A stretch of 64,000 nt of DNA from assembly GCA_964556325.1 (NCBI GenBank), contig CAZKVS010000004.1, forward strand, positions 2,439 to 66,438, written 5' to 3'. This DNA is from an uncultured Candidatus Saccharibacteria bacterium. Its GTDB lineage: Bacteria > Patescibacteriota > Doudnabacteria > UBA920. The translations under genes were made by a program, and so were the position numbers. Positions 36,528 to 46,511 of this stretch are shown here, piece after piece. Every line of letters begins with the position of its first letter. The stretch's first letter is position 1. The notes below the pieces were generated by a model, which saw nothing but the letters and a program-made list of their open reading frames with translations, was not told where the DNA came from and ran no database searches.

Positions 36528-37766
36528 TTATTCAGCAGCGACTTCTTCAGTCTTCGCTTCTTCTTTCTCTTCTAACTTTTCTATCTCTTCTTTTTCTTCT
36601 GTCTTAGCTACAGCCTTCGCAGGTTTTTCTTCTAAAGCTTTGAGGGACAAGCCTAAGCGGTGATCAGCAGGTTCAATGGAAATAATCTTGAACGACTTTA
36701 CTTCACCAACCTTGAGAATGTTCTCTGGGTCTTTGATGGCTTCGTGAGACAGTTCAGCCAAGTGAGCCAAGCCTTGAATTTCCGGAGAAAGTTCTACAAA
36801 TACGCCAAACGGCATTATTTTAGTGACTTTTCCTTCTACAACCTGACCAATCTTGTACTGCTTTACTGCTTCTAACCATGGATCTGGCTGGAGTTGCTTT
36901 ACAGACAAGGACACACGGCCTTTATCTATAGCAATAATCTTTGCCTGCACTTCCTGACCAACTCGGAACAAGTCTTTCGGGTTTTCTACACGCTGCCAGG
37001 CAAGTTCGGAAATATGAGCCAAGCCTTCCAGCTCACCAAACTTCACAAAAATACCAAAGTCTACCACACCGGTGACCATACCTACTACAACGTCGCCCAT
37101 TTTAAGTTTCTGCAAGTGCTCTTCGGTTTTCTTCTCAGATACCGCTTTTTCACTCACAATCAACTTCTCTTCTTCTGGGTCAGCAGTAATGATTTGTACT
37201 GCAAACGACTGGCCAACATAGCTCTGGAGTGCGGAAAGAATCTTGGTCTTGTCGCCATCTTCTACGCGAGGATAGTGTTCCAAGTTCAACTGAGACACTG
37301 GCAAGAAACCAAGTACGCCGTTTATCTCAATCATCAAACCACCTTTGTTCGCACCCAAAATCTTAGTGCTCACAATTTCGCGGTCTTCCATCTTAGTCTT
37401 CAAGGTCTGCCATACCCGCTCGTGTCCGGCCTGACGAAGTGACAGCTCAATGTTGCCATCTTTATTCTCCGATTCAACCACGGAAGCGAAAATAGTATCG
37501 CCTACCTTAAGCGAAGCTAAGGTAGCCTGGTCATCATAGAGCTCACGCCCACGAACCACGCCCACGCCGTAGCCCACTAAGTCCACATATACTTCGTTCT
37601 TACCAACGGAAAGCAAAGTGCCTTCTACAATATCGCCCACTTTGAGCACGCGAATTTCTGCGCCACTCTCAAGTAAGCCGGTCATGGAGTCTGCCTTGGA
37701 CGCCACAGCCTCGTTTATGCTTGTCTGAGCAGTATTTACTGCTTGGACTTGGTCTGCATCTGCCAT
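36528..37766 (-). CDS. rpsA: 30S ribosomal protein S1
   Basis: Four or more S1 (OB) repeats (..GDIVEGTLLSV..; ..GQSFAVQIITAD..; ..GDVVVGMVTGV..; ..GQVVEGKVTKI..). Confidence 0.9.
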   Translation of the reverse strand: MADADQVQAVNTAQTSINEAVASKADSMTGLLESGAEIRVLKVGDIVEGTLLSVGKNEVYVDLVGYGVGVVRGRELYDDQATLASLKVGDTIFASVVESENKDGNIELSLRQAGHERVWQTLKTKMEDREIVSTKILGANKGGLMIEINGVLGFLPVSQLNLEHYPRVEDGDKTKILSALQSYVGQSFAVQIITADPEEEKLIVSEKAVSEKKTEEHLQKLKMGDVVVGMVTGVVDFGIFVKFGELEGLAHISELAWQRVENPKDLFRVGQEVQAKIIAIDKGRVSLSVKQLQPDPWLEAVKQYKIGQVVEGKVTKIMPFGVFVELSPEIQGLAHLAELSHEAIKDPENILKVGEVKSFKIISIEPADHRLGLSLKALEEKPAKAVAKTEEKEEIEKLEEKEEAKTEEVAAE

Positions 37767-38249
37767 TATAACTGTTCCTTTATGTAAAAGTTTGAAAGAA
37801 TAACCCTTTATTTAGAACCGTTAGGCACTAAAAAACCACGCCATACTGAGGGCCTGGAAGAATGTAGGATTATACTCATACAATTACTCATTAAACGACA
37901 CCTATCTTGAGCCTTACAAGGGATTACTAATTAAATAAACGTCTGGTGTCGTGCCCTGTAAGCCAATACAGTATACAAAAAAGGGAGCTCTTTGGCAAGC
38001 CCTAAGCGATGCTTAAAATAGCGAATAATCACCTCCTACTCTTTTGCCTTTCAGGCCATAAAATGTTAAAATTATGCATATTAATTGGATTAAAACGAAT
38101 TCGTAGTTATTTGTAGATTCGCATGAATTCGCCCGGCCTTCGTAGCCGTAACTCAAACAATTTTTACCCTTTAACAGCCACTCCAACCTTGCACGCCAAA
38201 TATTATATTGACGATACTTCGGCGGAGTAGGCTAGATTCGGATCGCGTT

Positions 38250-38873
38250 ATGCATATTCAATACCTTGGCCTTTCTTGCTTTAAGTTTATTACCAAAGAC
38301 GCAACGGTAGTAACCGACCCCTACGGTAAAGAGTCTGGACTGACTCCACCCCGGGGTAATACTGATATTATTGTACTCGCGGAAAACACAAACGACCTCT
38401 ACAGCAGCACAAGCTCTTTCTCCGGCACACCGTTCTTAATTGATAGCCCGGGCGAATACGACAAGAGCGGCGTCACCGTAACCGGCATCCCGCTCAAGCA
38501 AGAATCAGGTTACGTGACTATTTTCTTAATAGAAAGCGAAGACCTCAAAATACTAAACCTGGCGCATATTAAAGACTTCAACATCAAAGAAAGCGAGCTA
38601 GAAGACCTTGGTGAAATAGATATTCTCATTCTTCCCGTGGGCGGGCATACCGTACTCGGCGCCAGCGATGCAGCAAAAGTAGTAAACCAAATTGAACCAA
38701 ACATAGTCATCCCCTCTCACTACACCGCTACCGGCATAAAACTAGAGCTTGACCCCATAGACCGGTTCATAAAAGAAATGGGCAATAAACACGAAGAACT
38801 AGAAAAACTAATAATCAAAAAGAAAGACATTACTAATTCCGAGGAAACACGGTTGGTAGTGCTAACGGCATAA
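38250..38873 (+). CDS. Metallo-beta-lactamase-fold hydrolase (UPF0173-like)
   Basis: MHIQYLGLSCFKF..DPYG.. pattern of the MBL-fold YtkL/UPF0173 family; start at Met 38250. Confidence 0.55.
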   Translation: MHIQYLGLSCFKFITKDATVVTDPYGKESGLTPPRGNTDIIVLAENTNDLYSSTSSFSGTPFLIDSPGEYDKSGVTVTGIPLKQESGYVTIFLIESEDLKILNLAHIKDFNIKESELEDLGEIDILILPVGGHTVLGASDAAKVVNQIEPNIVIPSHYTATGIKLELDPIDRFIKEMGNKHEELEKLIIKKKDITNSEETRLVVLTA

Positions 38874-38883
38874 ATAAAAACGT

Positions 38884-39096
38884 ATGAAAACCATACATCG
38901 CATTCAACAACTTCCAGAAGCAAAGCGCGAGCAACTTATGTGGGTAGTGGTAGCCACCGCTCTGGTGCTCCTACTCTTTATTTGGATAGGAACCAGTTAT
39001 ATCCCGAAGCCAGACCGCACAAACGGTAATTTCTTTACCGCAGTAAAAAACGAGGTAAACAAAGCCCGAGCGAATAACCCCAGCATTAACAAGTAG
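38884..39096 (+). CDS. Small membrane protein (hypothetical)
   Basis: 70 aa; one TM ([19 protein letters not shown]). Confidence 0.35.
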   Translation: MKTIHRIQQLPEAKREQLMWVVVATALVLLLFIWIGTSYIPKPDRTNGNFFTAVKNEVNKARANNPSINK

Positions 39097-39113
39097 TAGA
39101 TACCACCGTACAT

Positions 39114-41582
39114 ATGGCAAAAATCGAACGAGATGTAGCTCACTCAAACAACGTCGGACTCATACGCCCCCGGTCTCTCGAAACCGAAATGCAAGAGTCG
39201 TACTTAGACTACGCCATGACGGTTATTGTTTCGCGTGCTTTACCCGATGTACGCGACGGCTTAAAGCCAGTGAATCGTCGCATTTTATACGCCATGCGCA
39301 GCATGGGCCTCCGTGCTTCCGCCAAAACAACTAAGTCTGCCAAAATTGTTGGTGAGGTGCTTGGTAAATACCACCCCCATGGCGACACCTCTGTATATGA
39401 CGCCATGGTGCACATGGTGCAAGAGTTTTCCATGCGCTACCCGCTGGTAAAAGGTCAAGGTAACTTTGGCTCCATGGACGGTGATGGTGCAGCTGCCTAC
39501 AGGTACACTGAAGCAAAGCTCACCCCCATAGCCGAAGAATTACTCGTTGATATAGAAAAAGAAACCGTTGACTGGCGAGATAACTTTGACGCAACTGAAA
39601 AAGAACCTGTTGTGCTACCTGGTAAATTACCGAATGTTCTCCTCAACGGTACCCTTGGCATTGCGGTGGGTATGGCTACCGATTTAGCCCCTCACAACCT
39701 TACCGAGGTGACTAACGCCATTATCCATTTGATAGAAAACCCACACGCAACCATAGAGGACATTACCGATATTATAAAAGGGCCCGATTTTCCTACCGGC
39801 GGTATTATTTATGACGTTGCTGCCATTAAAAACGCCTATGCCACTGGCCGCGGAGGCGTGGTTGTTCGGGGCAAAACTGAAATTGAAGAAACCAAGACTG
39901 GCGCTTTCCGAATTGTTATCTCAGAAATCCCCTACCGAGTAAACAAGGCAACCATGCTAGAACGCATGGCAGACCTGGTGCGAGATAAAAAACTCGAAGG
40001 CATAAAGGACATTCGAGACGAGTCAGATAAAGACGGTGTCCGTGTCGTGGTGGATTTAAAAAAAGATGCTTTAGCAAATAAAATTCTGAACCAGCTGTTT
40101 TCTTATACCCAGCTCCAAGATACCTACCATTTCAACATGACCTCCCTGGTGGACGGCTTAGAGCCACACGTGCTCAACCTGAAAACCATGCTCGAGGAGT
40201 TTATTAAGCATCGTCAAATTATTATTCGTCGTCGCACAGAATACGACTTACGGAAAGCCAAGGAACGCGCTCATATCTTGGAAGGGTTAAAGATTGCGCT
40301 GGATCATATAGATGAAATAATCAACACTATTCGCAAGAGCCCCACCAAAGAAGAAGCTCATGCGAACTTGATGAAAAAGTTTAAACTTTCTGAGCTCCAA
40401 GCAACAGCTATTTTAGAAATTCGTTTGCAGACTCTTGCTGGTTTAGAACGAAAAAAAATTGAAGACGAGCTTGCAGAAAAGCGCAAACTCATTGCCAAAC
40501 TTGAAGACCTGCTTGCTCACCCAAAGAAAATACTCGGCATCGTCAAAGACGAAACCATTGAAATGCGCGACAAGTACGGCGACGAACGCCGCACGCAGGT
40601 GGTGAAACACGCGGTAGGTACGTTTGCTGCGGAAGACCTTATTCCGGAGAACCAGATGATAGTAACCATTACCAAGTCTGGGTACGTGAAGCGACTACTT
40701 CCTGACACCTACAAACAGCAAACCCGGGGTGGCAAAGGTGTTATTGGTCAGAGCCTGAAAGAAGAAGACGTGGTAGAAAAACTAATTTCTGCCAATACCC
40801 ACGACGACATTCTCTTCTTTACCAACAAGGGTCGCGTATTCCAGACGAAAGTCTACGAACTCCCTGAAGGTTCTCGAACCAGCAAAGGCCAAGCACTGGT
40901 AAACTTCCTACAACTGGGCAATGGAGAGACCACCACAGCTGTACTCATCTTAGGTAAAAAAGACGAAGCCAAATTCCTCGTTATGGCCACTAAAAAAGGC
41001 CTCATCAAAAAAGTCGCTCGCGAAGAGTTTGCCAAAGTCCGCAGAAGCGGCATGATAGCCATAGGCATTAAAGACGGTGACGAACTCAAGTGGGTTGAAA
41101 CAACCGCCGGAGACGACCAAATAATGCTTTCTACAGAGAACGGACAGGCCATTCGCTTTAATGAGAAAGACGTACGCGCCATGGGTCGCACCGCCGCCGG
41201 CGTAGGTGGCATGCGGGTGAAGAAAGATGACAACATTATTTCCATGGACGTCATTCGCAAAAACCTGGACGTGAAAACTCAAGAAGTGTTAGTCATAACC
41301 GAACTTGGTTTAGGAAAGAAAACCCCATTAGCAGACTATAAACTTCAAAAGCGGTCTGGTAGCGGCATAAAGACGGTCAAGATTAGTCCCCGGACTGGTA
41401 AAATTGTAGCCATGTACATCCTAGATGCAAAAGAAGAACATGACTTGGTTATAATCTCTCGCCAAGGCCAAACTATTCGCACGGCACTCAATGCCATCTC
41501 AACGCTCGGCCGAGCTACCCAAGGTGTCCGCGTTATGAAACTCGACACCGGCGACTCAGTAGCCAGCGCCACAATAATATAG
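39114..41582 (+). CDS. gyrA: DNA gyrase subunit A
   Basis: [29 protein letters not shown], catalytic Tyr region, C-terminal beta-pinwheel repeats. Confidence 0.95.
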   Translation: MAKIERDVAHSNNVGLIRPRSLETEMQESYLDYAMTVIVSRALPDVRDGLKPVNRRILYAMRSMGLRASAKTTKSAKIVGEVLGKYHPHGDTSVYDAMVHMVQEFSMRYPLVKGQGNFGSMDGDGAAAYRYTEAKLTPIAEELLVDIEKETVDWRDNFDATEKEPVVLPGKLPNVLLNGTLGIAVGMATDLAPHNLTEVTNAIIHLIENPHATIEDITDIIKGPDFPTGGIIYDVAAIKNAYATGRGGVVVRGKTEIEETKTGAFRIVISEIPYRVNKATMLERMADLVRDKKLEGIKDIRDESDKDGVRVVVDLKKDALANKILNQLFSYTQLQDTYHFNMTSLVDGLEPHVLNLKTMLEEFIKHRQIIIRRRTEYDLRKAKERAHILEGLKIALDHIDEIINTIRKSPTKEEAHANLMKKFKLSELQATAILEIRLQTLAGLERKKIEDELAEKRKLIAKLEDLLAHPKKILGIVKDETIEMRDKYGDERRTQVVKHAVGTFAAEDLIPENQMIVTITKSGYVKRLLPDTYKQQTRGGKGVIGQSLKEEDVVEKLISANTHDDILFFTNKGRVFQTKVYELPEGSRTSKGQALVNFLQLGNGETTTAVLILGKKDEAKFLVMATKKGLIKKVAREEFAKVRRSGMIAIGIKDGDELKWVETTAGDDQIMLSTENGQAIRFNEKDVRAMGRTAAGVGGMRVKKDDNIISMDVIRKNLDVKTQEVLVITELGLGKKTPLADYKLQKRSGSGIKTVKISPRTGKIVAMYILDAKEEHDLVIISRQGQTIRTALNAISTLGRATQGVRVMKLDTGDSVASATII

Positions 41583-41594
41583 CTCTAGAAAATA

Positions 41595-41622
41595 AAAAAG
41601 CCGCTCCGACACGGCTTTTTTA
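41595..41622. terminator. Bidirectional terminator aaaaaagccgctccgacacggctttttt
   Basis: Hairpin with A and T tracts between convergent gyrA and GHKL ATPase gene. Confidence 0.6.
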
Positions 41623-41632
41623 TTTTGCAAAT

Positions 41633-43144
41633 TTAAGAGAGCAATGCTCTTAAATTCGTAGACATTATGGACTTTAAGTTAGCCATAAGCTCGACATTGT
41701 CTTCATTTAAATTCTTTAGCTCTGCAGTAGCGAGCGCAAAGATTAAATAGTCTAGGGCAGAAATAATATTTTTACTGTCCCTATTGGCTAGAACTACCCT
41801 GTCATAAAAAGGATGATCAGAGTTCCAACGAACTATAATAATCTTACCCTCTTGGTAAGTCTCATATAGGGTACCCTCTCGGCCCATAGACGCTGTCTCA
41901 AAACGCACTCCAAGCCCCTTTGGAGACACTTGCAGGTCTTTGAAATTTTTACGTTCATGAGGCAATCTATCGCCCCTTAAAATTCGAGGATCAGCAGAAC
42001 CCTTTCGAGAAGAGCGTTTTTCTACTTGAACATCAGGAGTAATCAGAAGTTTTGCCTTCTGGGCAATCACCTGTTCAGATTCTTGATGATCTACAATATT
42101 GGCACCTTCTGTTTTCTTGTTTCTCAGCAACCACGTGCGAATAGAAGCAATCTGACCTCCAATTTCTTGTTTTAAAAAATCGGTTATTGCTTGATTAGGC
42201 GTTACTCCGTCTTTTGAAAATCGCACCCCCATCTCACTATCCAAAGTCGCACTAAAATATAGTTCGGCCCTGAGTCTATTGAAGTCGTTATGCTTTGTTA
42301 AAACATTTAATGTTTGGGCCATCGCGACCTCTCTGTTATTGCGCATAACATAAAAGCCCTGATTGGCTATATTCATTTTCTTTTCTTTTTCTAACTCATC
42401 ATTAACTTCGGGAAGCACAGCGATTTTAACTCTGATCTTTTCTTTATTTGGATTTCCAGGCAATTCATAAGTCTCGTCGCTATATATTCTAACCCCCGGA
42501 TTATCTAACATTAAAGGATCCACAATTTCCACCTTCTTACCATTCACGTAGAATTCTATTTTAGACTCTATGAATCTTCGATAAATCCTCCCAATATCCC
42601 TGGAGAGCTTGTTGGCAAATTGAGACACATTGGTAGTCGAAAGCCTGTCGACTTTCGATAATATAACAATGGTACCATGCTCACCGGCCAACCTAGAAAA
42701 ATCAACCTTTTCTTGCTGATTCGCCTTGCGCAGTACTTTAACGAACTGGTTACTTTCTATTACCTCGTCTAAATCTTGAGAGCTGTAAAAATACTCTTCT
42801 TCGTCTTTTCGAGTAATCACTTCAAGCTTACGGGCCATAGAAATAGACGCCGTGCATAAACCCATACCGAATTTACCCAAGTCGGCCACCTCGTCGCGAT
42901 CTGTTATAGACCCAAGCTTTAAGGCTTCATCTAAGACAGCTTCGCTCATACCCATACCGTTATCCCCTATAATAACCCTAAGATTCCGCTGCTCGTGCTC
43001 AACGATAATATTAATCGTTCTAGCTTGCGCGTCGATTGAATTGTCGATAATATCCTCAATAGCAGCATAGCTATCGTAGCCGGTATTGCGCAGTGAAGTG
43101 ACAAGCTTCGCGGCGTTAGGCTGGTTTGGACGTAATTGGTCCAT
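41633..43144 (-). CDS. GHKL-superfamily (MORC/MutL/Hsp90-type Bergerat fold) ATPase, stand-alone
   Basis: N-box EDIIDNSIDA, G1 box IIGDNGMGM, G2 box GKFGMG; about 300-aa C-terminal region without recognisable motif. Confidence 0.65.
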   Translation of the reverse strand: MDQLRPNQPNAAKLVTSLRNTGYDSYAAIEDIIDNSIDAQARTINIIVEHEQRNLRVIIGDNGMGMSEAVLDEALKLGSITDRDEVADLGKFGMGLCTASISMARKLEVITRKDEEEYFYSSQDLDEVIESNQFVKVLRKANQQEKVDFSRLAGEHGTIVILSKVDRLSTTNVSQFANKLSRDIGRIYRRFIESKIEFYVNGKKVEIVDPLMLDNPGVRIYSDETYELPGNPNKEKIRVKIAVLPEVNDELEKEKKMNIANQGFYVMRNNREVAMAQTLNVLTKHNDFNRLRAELYFSATLDSEMGVRFSKDGVTPNQAITDFLKQEIGGQIASIRTWLLRNKKTEGANIVDHQESEQVIAQKAKLLITPDVQVEKRSSRKGSADPRILRGDRLPHERKNFKDLQVSPKGLGVRFETASMGREGTLYETYQEGKIIIVRWNSDHPFYDRVVLANRDSKNIISALDYLIFALATAELKNLNEDNVELMANLKSIMSTNLRALLS

Positions 43145-43296
43145 ATATTCCTTTCTTTTCGATATCTAAGTTGATACCAAAAAATAAATAACACCCCTGG
43201 TAGGTGTTTAAGCAAATCAAATACAGTCGGAGAGTGTATTTGGTTTCTGTAATCGATATTGACAAGCAATACCAATACTCCACCAAGGTCATTTTA

Positions 43297-43326
43297 ATAG
43301 TAGACGATGTCTGGTAAGATTGTCAA
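43297..43326 (-). promoter_or_regulatory. Candidate sigma70-type promoter (TTGACA-18-TACTAT) for the GHKL ATPase gene
   Basis: Perfect -35 hexamer and near-consensus -10 on minus strand about 150 nt upstream of start. Confidence 0.3.
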
Positions 43327-43330
43327 TAAT

Positions 43331-43354
43331 AAAACCACCTAACTAGGTGGTTTT
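43331..43354. terminator. Terminator aaaaccacctaactaggtggtttt downstream of tRNA-Ile
   Basis: 8-bp stem, flanking A and T tracts. Confidence 0.6.
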
Positions 43355-43358
43355 ATTA

Positions 43359-43435
43359 TGGTGGGCGTGCATGGACTCGAACCATGGACCCTCAAGGTAT
43401 AAGCTTGATGCTCTAACCAGCTGAGCTACACGCCC
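43359..43435 (-). tRNA. tRNA-Ile(TAT) (UAU anticodon; AUA-decoding tRNA-Ile2 type), CCA encoded
   Basis: Acceptor GGGCGTG/CACGCCC, D-arm GCTC-AGCTGGTTA-GAGC, anticodon stem TCAAG/CTTGA fully paired, loop CUUAUAC, T-arm CATGG-TTCGAGT-CCATG. Confidence 0.7.
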
Positions 43436-43648
43436 CCTACTTCGCTAAAGCTACGTAGGGCAAGCCTACTTAGTAAAGCTGCAATGGACGAATCTCGTCC
43501 GACATAGCCTTGGCGACGTCGGAAGCTACACGCCCACGCTGAGCGTGGGCACAGAAGCGCTGAGCGCTTCGCCCGTAGAGAAATTATAGCCGAATATCCA
43601 GATTTTCAGCAACTGTACGAATCGAGGCCAAATCCGTATACTTTAATC

Positions 43649-44314
43649 ATGTTATCTATAGTTGCAACACCAATTGGAAACCTGGGAGATACAACCTTCC
43701 GGGCAGTAGAAGTACTGCGCGAGGCAGATTTTATCATTGCCGAAAACCCACTCCATACTGCCAAGCTACTTAAACACTTTGAAATACCCAAGAAGGAGTT
43801 GGTGCAGTTTGCCGACCATAATGAACAAAAAGCGCTACCCAAGATTCTCGACAGACTCGAACAAGAACACGGGGCACTGGTCAGCGATGCGGGCACGCCG
43901 GGCATTTCCGATCCAGGCTTTCGACTCGTCCGAGCCTGTGTCGAAAAAAGCATCCAAATACAAAACATTCCTGGCGCAAGCGCAATCATTACGGCACTTG
44001 CTGGTTCAGGACTTCCTACGGATCGTTTTCTTTTTGTAGGTTTCCTACCTAAAACTGAACCCAAGCTTTTGCAAGCATTGGAGTCGGGACTGCAGACCGG
44101 AAGCACATTAGTTATTTACGAGTCCCCTCAGCGCATTGGCAAAACAGTTGAAACCATCACAAAAACCTACCCCCATGCTCAAGTTGTTGTTGCTCGAGAG
44201 CTCACGAAAATGCATGAAGAGTTTATTCGTGGTAGCGCTGCGGAAGTAACAACGCTACTTAAAAAACGTGCCTCCATAAAGGGTGAACTAGTCCTCCTCG
44301 TTTCTTTTAAATAA
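43649..44314 (+). CDS. rsmI: 16S rRNA (cytidine1402-2'-O)-methyltransferase
   Basis: MLSIVATPIGNLGDTTFRAVEVLREADFIIAE tetrapyrrole-methylase RsmI N-terminus. Confidence 0.85.
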   Translation: MLSIVATPIGNLGDTTFRAVEVLREADFIIAENPLHTAKLLKHFEIPKKELVQFADHNEQKALPKILDRLEQEHGALVSDAGTPGISDPGFRLVRACVEKSIQIQNIPGASAIITALAGSGLPTDRFLFVGFLPKTEPKLLQALESGLQTGSTLVIYESPQRIGKTVETITKTYPHAQVVVARELTKMHEEFIRGSAAEVTTLLKKRASIKGELVLLVSFK

Positions 44315-44334
44315 AATTCAATCATTTACTTATT

Positions 44335-44370
44335 TTGAAACTTACTCGCAATTGCGAGTTAGTTTCAAAA
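44335..44370. repeat. 35-nt near-perfect palindrome tttgaaacttactcgcaattgcgagttagtttcaaaa (copy A)
   Basis: Near-identical copy at 45085-45120; the two flank the PaaX-like gene. Confidence 0.7.
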
Positions 44371-44418
44371 TTATGCTATAATTTACAAAAGAAAAACTTA
44401 TAAAAGTCGTTTCTATGT

Positions 44419-45084
44419 ATGGAACAAACATCACTACATAAGCTATTGGGCAAGCTTCCGACGGATCAATCCCAAAACATTGAAGCGATTCTCACATCCG
44501 AAAAAACAAAAGACATCGCAAGTACCATATTGTTACTGATTGGCGCAGCCGGCATTATAGGCATGACACTCACCATGCCTAATAGCCTGAAACTGCTTGC
44601 TCCATTTTTGCATAAGAGATATAAAAAACCTCTTCGCTCAAACGAGCAACGAGAAAAAGTGTTGCAATCCTACTATTACCTCAAACGCAGTGGACAAATA
44701 CAAATAGAAGAGACCGAACATGGCATATGGGCAAAGTTAACCGAAAAAGGAAAGAAAAAGTTCCAAAAGATCACTAGCGATATCCACGCAATTCAACGAC
44801 CACCCCTATGGCCTGGCACCTGGTGGCTGGTAGCCGCGGATATACCGACCAAAGATTTTAAAATAGCGGCAGATATGTTTAGAGTAAAGCTGCGCGAACT
44901 AAAATTTTATCCGCTACAACGCACACTCTGGATTCATCCATTTGATCCGAGAAAGGAGCTAGAATATATCAGCAACCACTATGATATCGGCAAATTTATT
45001 ACTGTGATGGAAATTAAACGGATAGACAAACAAGACGAGGCAGTTCTAAAGAAATACTTTACTGAAAAGGGTTTGCTAAAGTAA
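44419..45084 (+). CDS. PaaX-family-like protein (N-terminal TM + PaaX_C-like domain)
   Basis: C-terminal PLWPGTWWLVAADIPTKDFKIAADMFRVKLRELKFYPLQRTLWIHP matches the W-x-h-DIP..R..R..L...GF..Q.S.W..P pattern of PaaX-like proteins. Confidence 0.45.
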   Translation: MEQTSLHKLLGKLPTDQSQNIEAILTSEKTKDIASTILLLIGAAGIIGMTLTMPNSLKLLAPFLHKRYKKPLRSNEQREKVLQSYYYLKRSGQIQIEETEHGIWAKLTEKGKKKFQKITSDIHAIQRPPLWPGTWWLVAADIPTKDFKIAADMFRVKLRELKFYPLQRTLWIHPFDPRKELEYISNHYDIGKFITVMEIKRIDKQDEAVLKKYFTEKGLLK

Positions 45085-45120
45085 TTTGAAACTCACTCGC
45101 AATTGCTAGTAAGTTTCAAA
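45085..45120. repeat. 35-nt palindrome copy B tttgaaactcactcgcaattgctagtaagtttcaaa
   Basis: Starts at the first base after the stop of 44419..45084 and ends at the start codon of the next gene. Confidence 0.7.
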
Positions 45121-45566
45121 TGAGAGCAAGAGGAGTAGCAGCGACCATGAAACCATTAGCAAGAGAACAACTTAGGAAAATATATAAGAAAGTTAAACAC
45201 TTACGTCTACCTCCCAAACTGGAAGAAGCAGAATTTGAGACGCTTACCTACTACAGCTGGCTTGATCAGTCAGATATGTGCCTATTTGTGGTTTATGATT
45301 TTCGTGGAACTCCCACAGGACTCCGGCTTGAAGTGGTTCAGCCACCAGTTGGCGCGCTCCGTCTAGGCTTTTGTGAATTTTGCCATAAACACCGGAAGCA
45401 AAGCGACGTGTACTTTGTAGCCTGCGAAACTAGAAAGCAGCCCAAAGGAGTAGAATATCAATCTCGCGGCACCTGGATGTGCTCCGGGTTTGAAAAATGT
45501 AACCGCGACATGAAAAACGATACCCGCATTCATGAGTTTTTCGAACGAATCCTAGAAATCGCATAA
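45120..45566 (+). CDS. FBP C-terminal treble-clef zinc-finger domain protein
   Basis: 148 aa; C..C...H.H arrangement (CEFCHKHRKQ...C..C) resembling the elongation-factor-G-binding-protein C-terminal domain. Confidence 0.45.
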   Translation: MRARGVAATMKPLAREQLRKIYKKVKHLRLPPKLEEAEFETLTYYSWLDQSDMCLFVVYDFRGTPTGLRLEVVQPPVGALRLGFCEFCHKHRKQSDVYFVACETRKQPKGVEYQSRGTWMCSGFEKCNRDMKNDTRIHEFFERILEIA

Positions 45567-45659
45567 CTCTTGGCAGAGACGCCAAACTTCTCTATCATAA
45601 TTCTACATTTCACGTTTCCTGTATTCTTAATTCATAATTCTTAATTCCGCGCTTCGCAC

Positions 45660-46409
45660 ATGTCCGGACACAGTAAATGGTCACAAATTAAGCGAACCAA
45701 AGGAGTAAAGGACGCCAAACGAGGCGTGCTGTTTTCCAAGTTGTCTAAAAAAATAACCCTTGCCGCTAAGTCCGGCCACAGTGACCCAGCGCTCAACTTT
45801 CAACTACGTACGGAAATAGAAGCAGCCCGCGCGGAAGGCATGCCGAACGATAACATTGACCGAGCCATAAAGAAAGCATCAGACAAAGACTCGGTCCAAA
45901 TGACCGAAGCTATTTACGAAGGGTACGGACCTTACGGCACTGCGTTTCTGGTAGAAGTAGCGACCGACAACACTAACCGGGCAGTCCAACACATTAAACA
46001 TGCGTTTAGTAAACACGAAGGGTCGCTCGGAGCCATGGGAAGTGTAGCCTGGCAGTTTGAGACAAAAGGACAGATTCTCGTTGAGAATAATTCCCAATTT
46101 CTAATTTCTAATTCCCAAAATAAAACACCCAGCATGGCTGAGTTAGAATTAATAGCGATAGATGCGGGGGCGGATGATGTGCGGGAGTCAGAAGAGGGCT
46201 TGGAAGTGTACACAAAACCGGAACTACTCCAAAGCGTTAGGACTACGCTAGCGGAAGCAGGGGCAAGCATTGCGCAAGCACAAATAATAAAAGAGTCGTC
46301 TCAGGGTGTAAATTTAACCGAAGAACAGAAACCAAAAGTAGACGCACTATTCGCTGAACTAGAAGATAACGAAGACGTAGTGGCTGTGCACACCAGCGCA
46401 AATTTATAA
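45660..46409 (+). CDS. yebC: YebC/PmpR-family transcriptional regulator
   Basis: MSGHSKWSQIKRTKGVKDAKRG N-terminus; contains in-frame copy of the AT-rich intergenic repeat at 46086-46120. Confidence 0.9.
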   Translation: MSGHSKWSQIKRTKGVKDAKRGVLFSKLSKKITLAAKSGHSDPALNFQLRTEIEAARAEGMPNDNIDRAIKKASDKDSVQMTEAIYEGYGPYGTAFLVEVATDNTNRAVQHIKHAFSKHEGSLGAMGSVAWQFETKGQILVENNSQFLISNSQNKTPSMAELELIAIDAGADDVRESEEGLEVYTKPELLQSVRTTLAEAGASIAQAQIIKESSQGVNLTEEQKPKVDALFAELEDNEDVVAVHTSANL

Positions 46410-46414
46410 GACCA

Positions 46415-46505
46415 AATTTGCTAAATATCTAATGTCTAATATCTAATTTCTAATGCAATGCCAAAGATGCCTCTCATTAGGAATTAGGAATTAGGAATTA
46501 GACAT
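46415..46505. repeat. AT-rich palindromic intergenic element (tctaatatctaatttctaatg ... cattaggaattaggaattaggaattag)
   Basis: Inverted arms built from TTCTAAT/TCCTAAT units between yebC and ruvC; related copies at 27098-27135, 28041-28145, 30143-30228, 45590-45655 and 52110-52200. Confidence 0.6.
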
Positions 46506-46511
46506 TTCTTC

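Noticed and set aside
40853-41282. Minus-strand ORFs inside gyrA
   Set aside because: Antisense to a confidently identified, highly conserved gene.
46415-46505. CRISPR array (tandem aattaggaattaggaattag and similar repeats)
   Set aside because: Repeat units are only 7-8 nt, with no spacer-sized unique intervals; they form inverted AT-rich arms of palindromic terminator-like elements, not a CRISPR array. No cas genes in the window.
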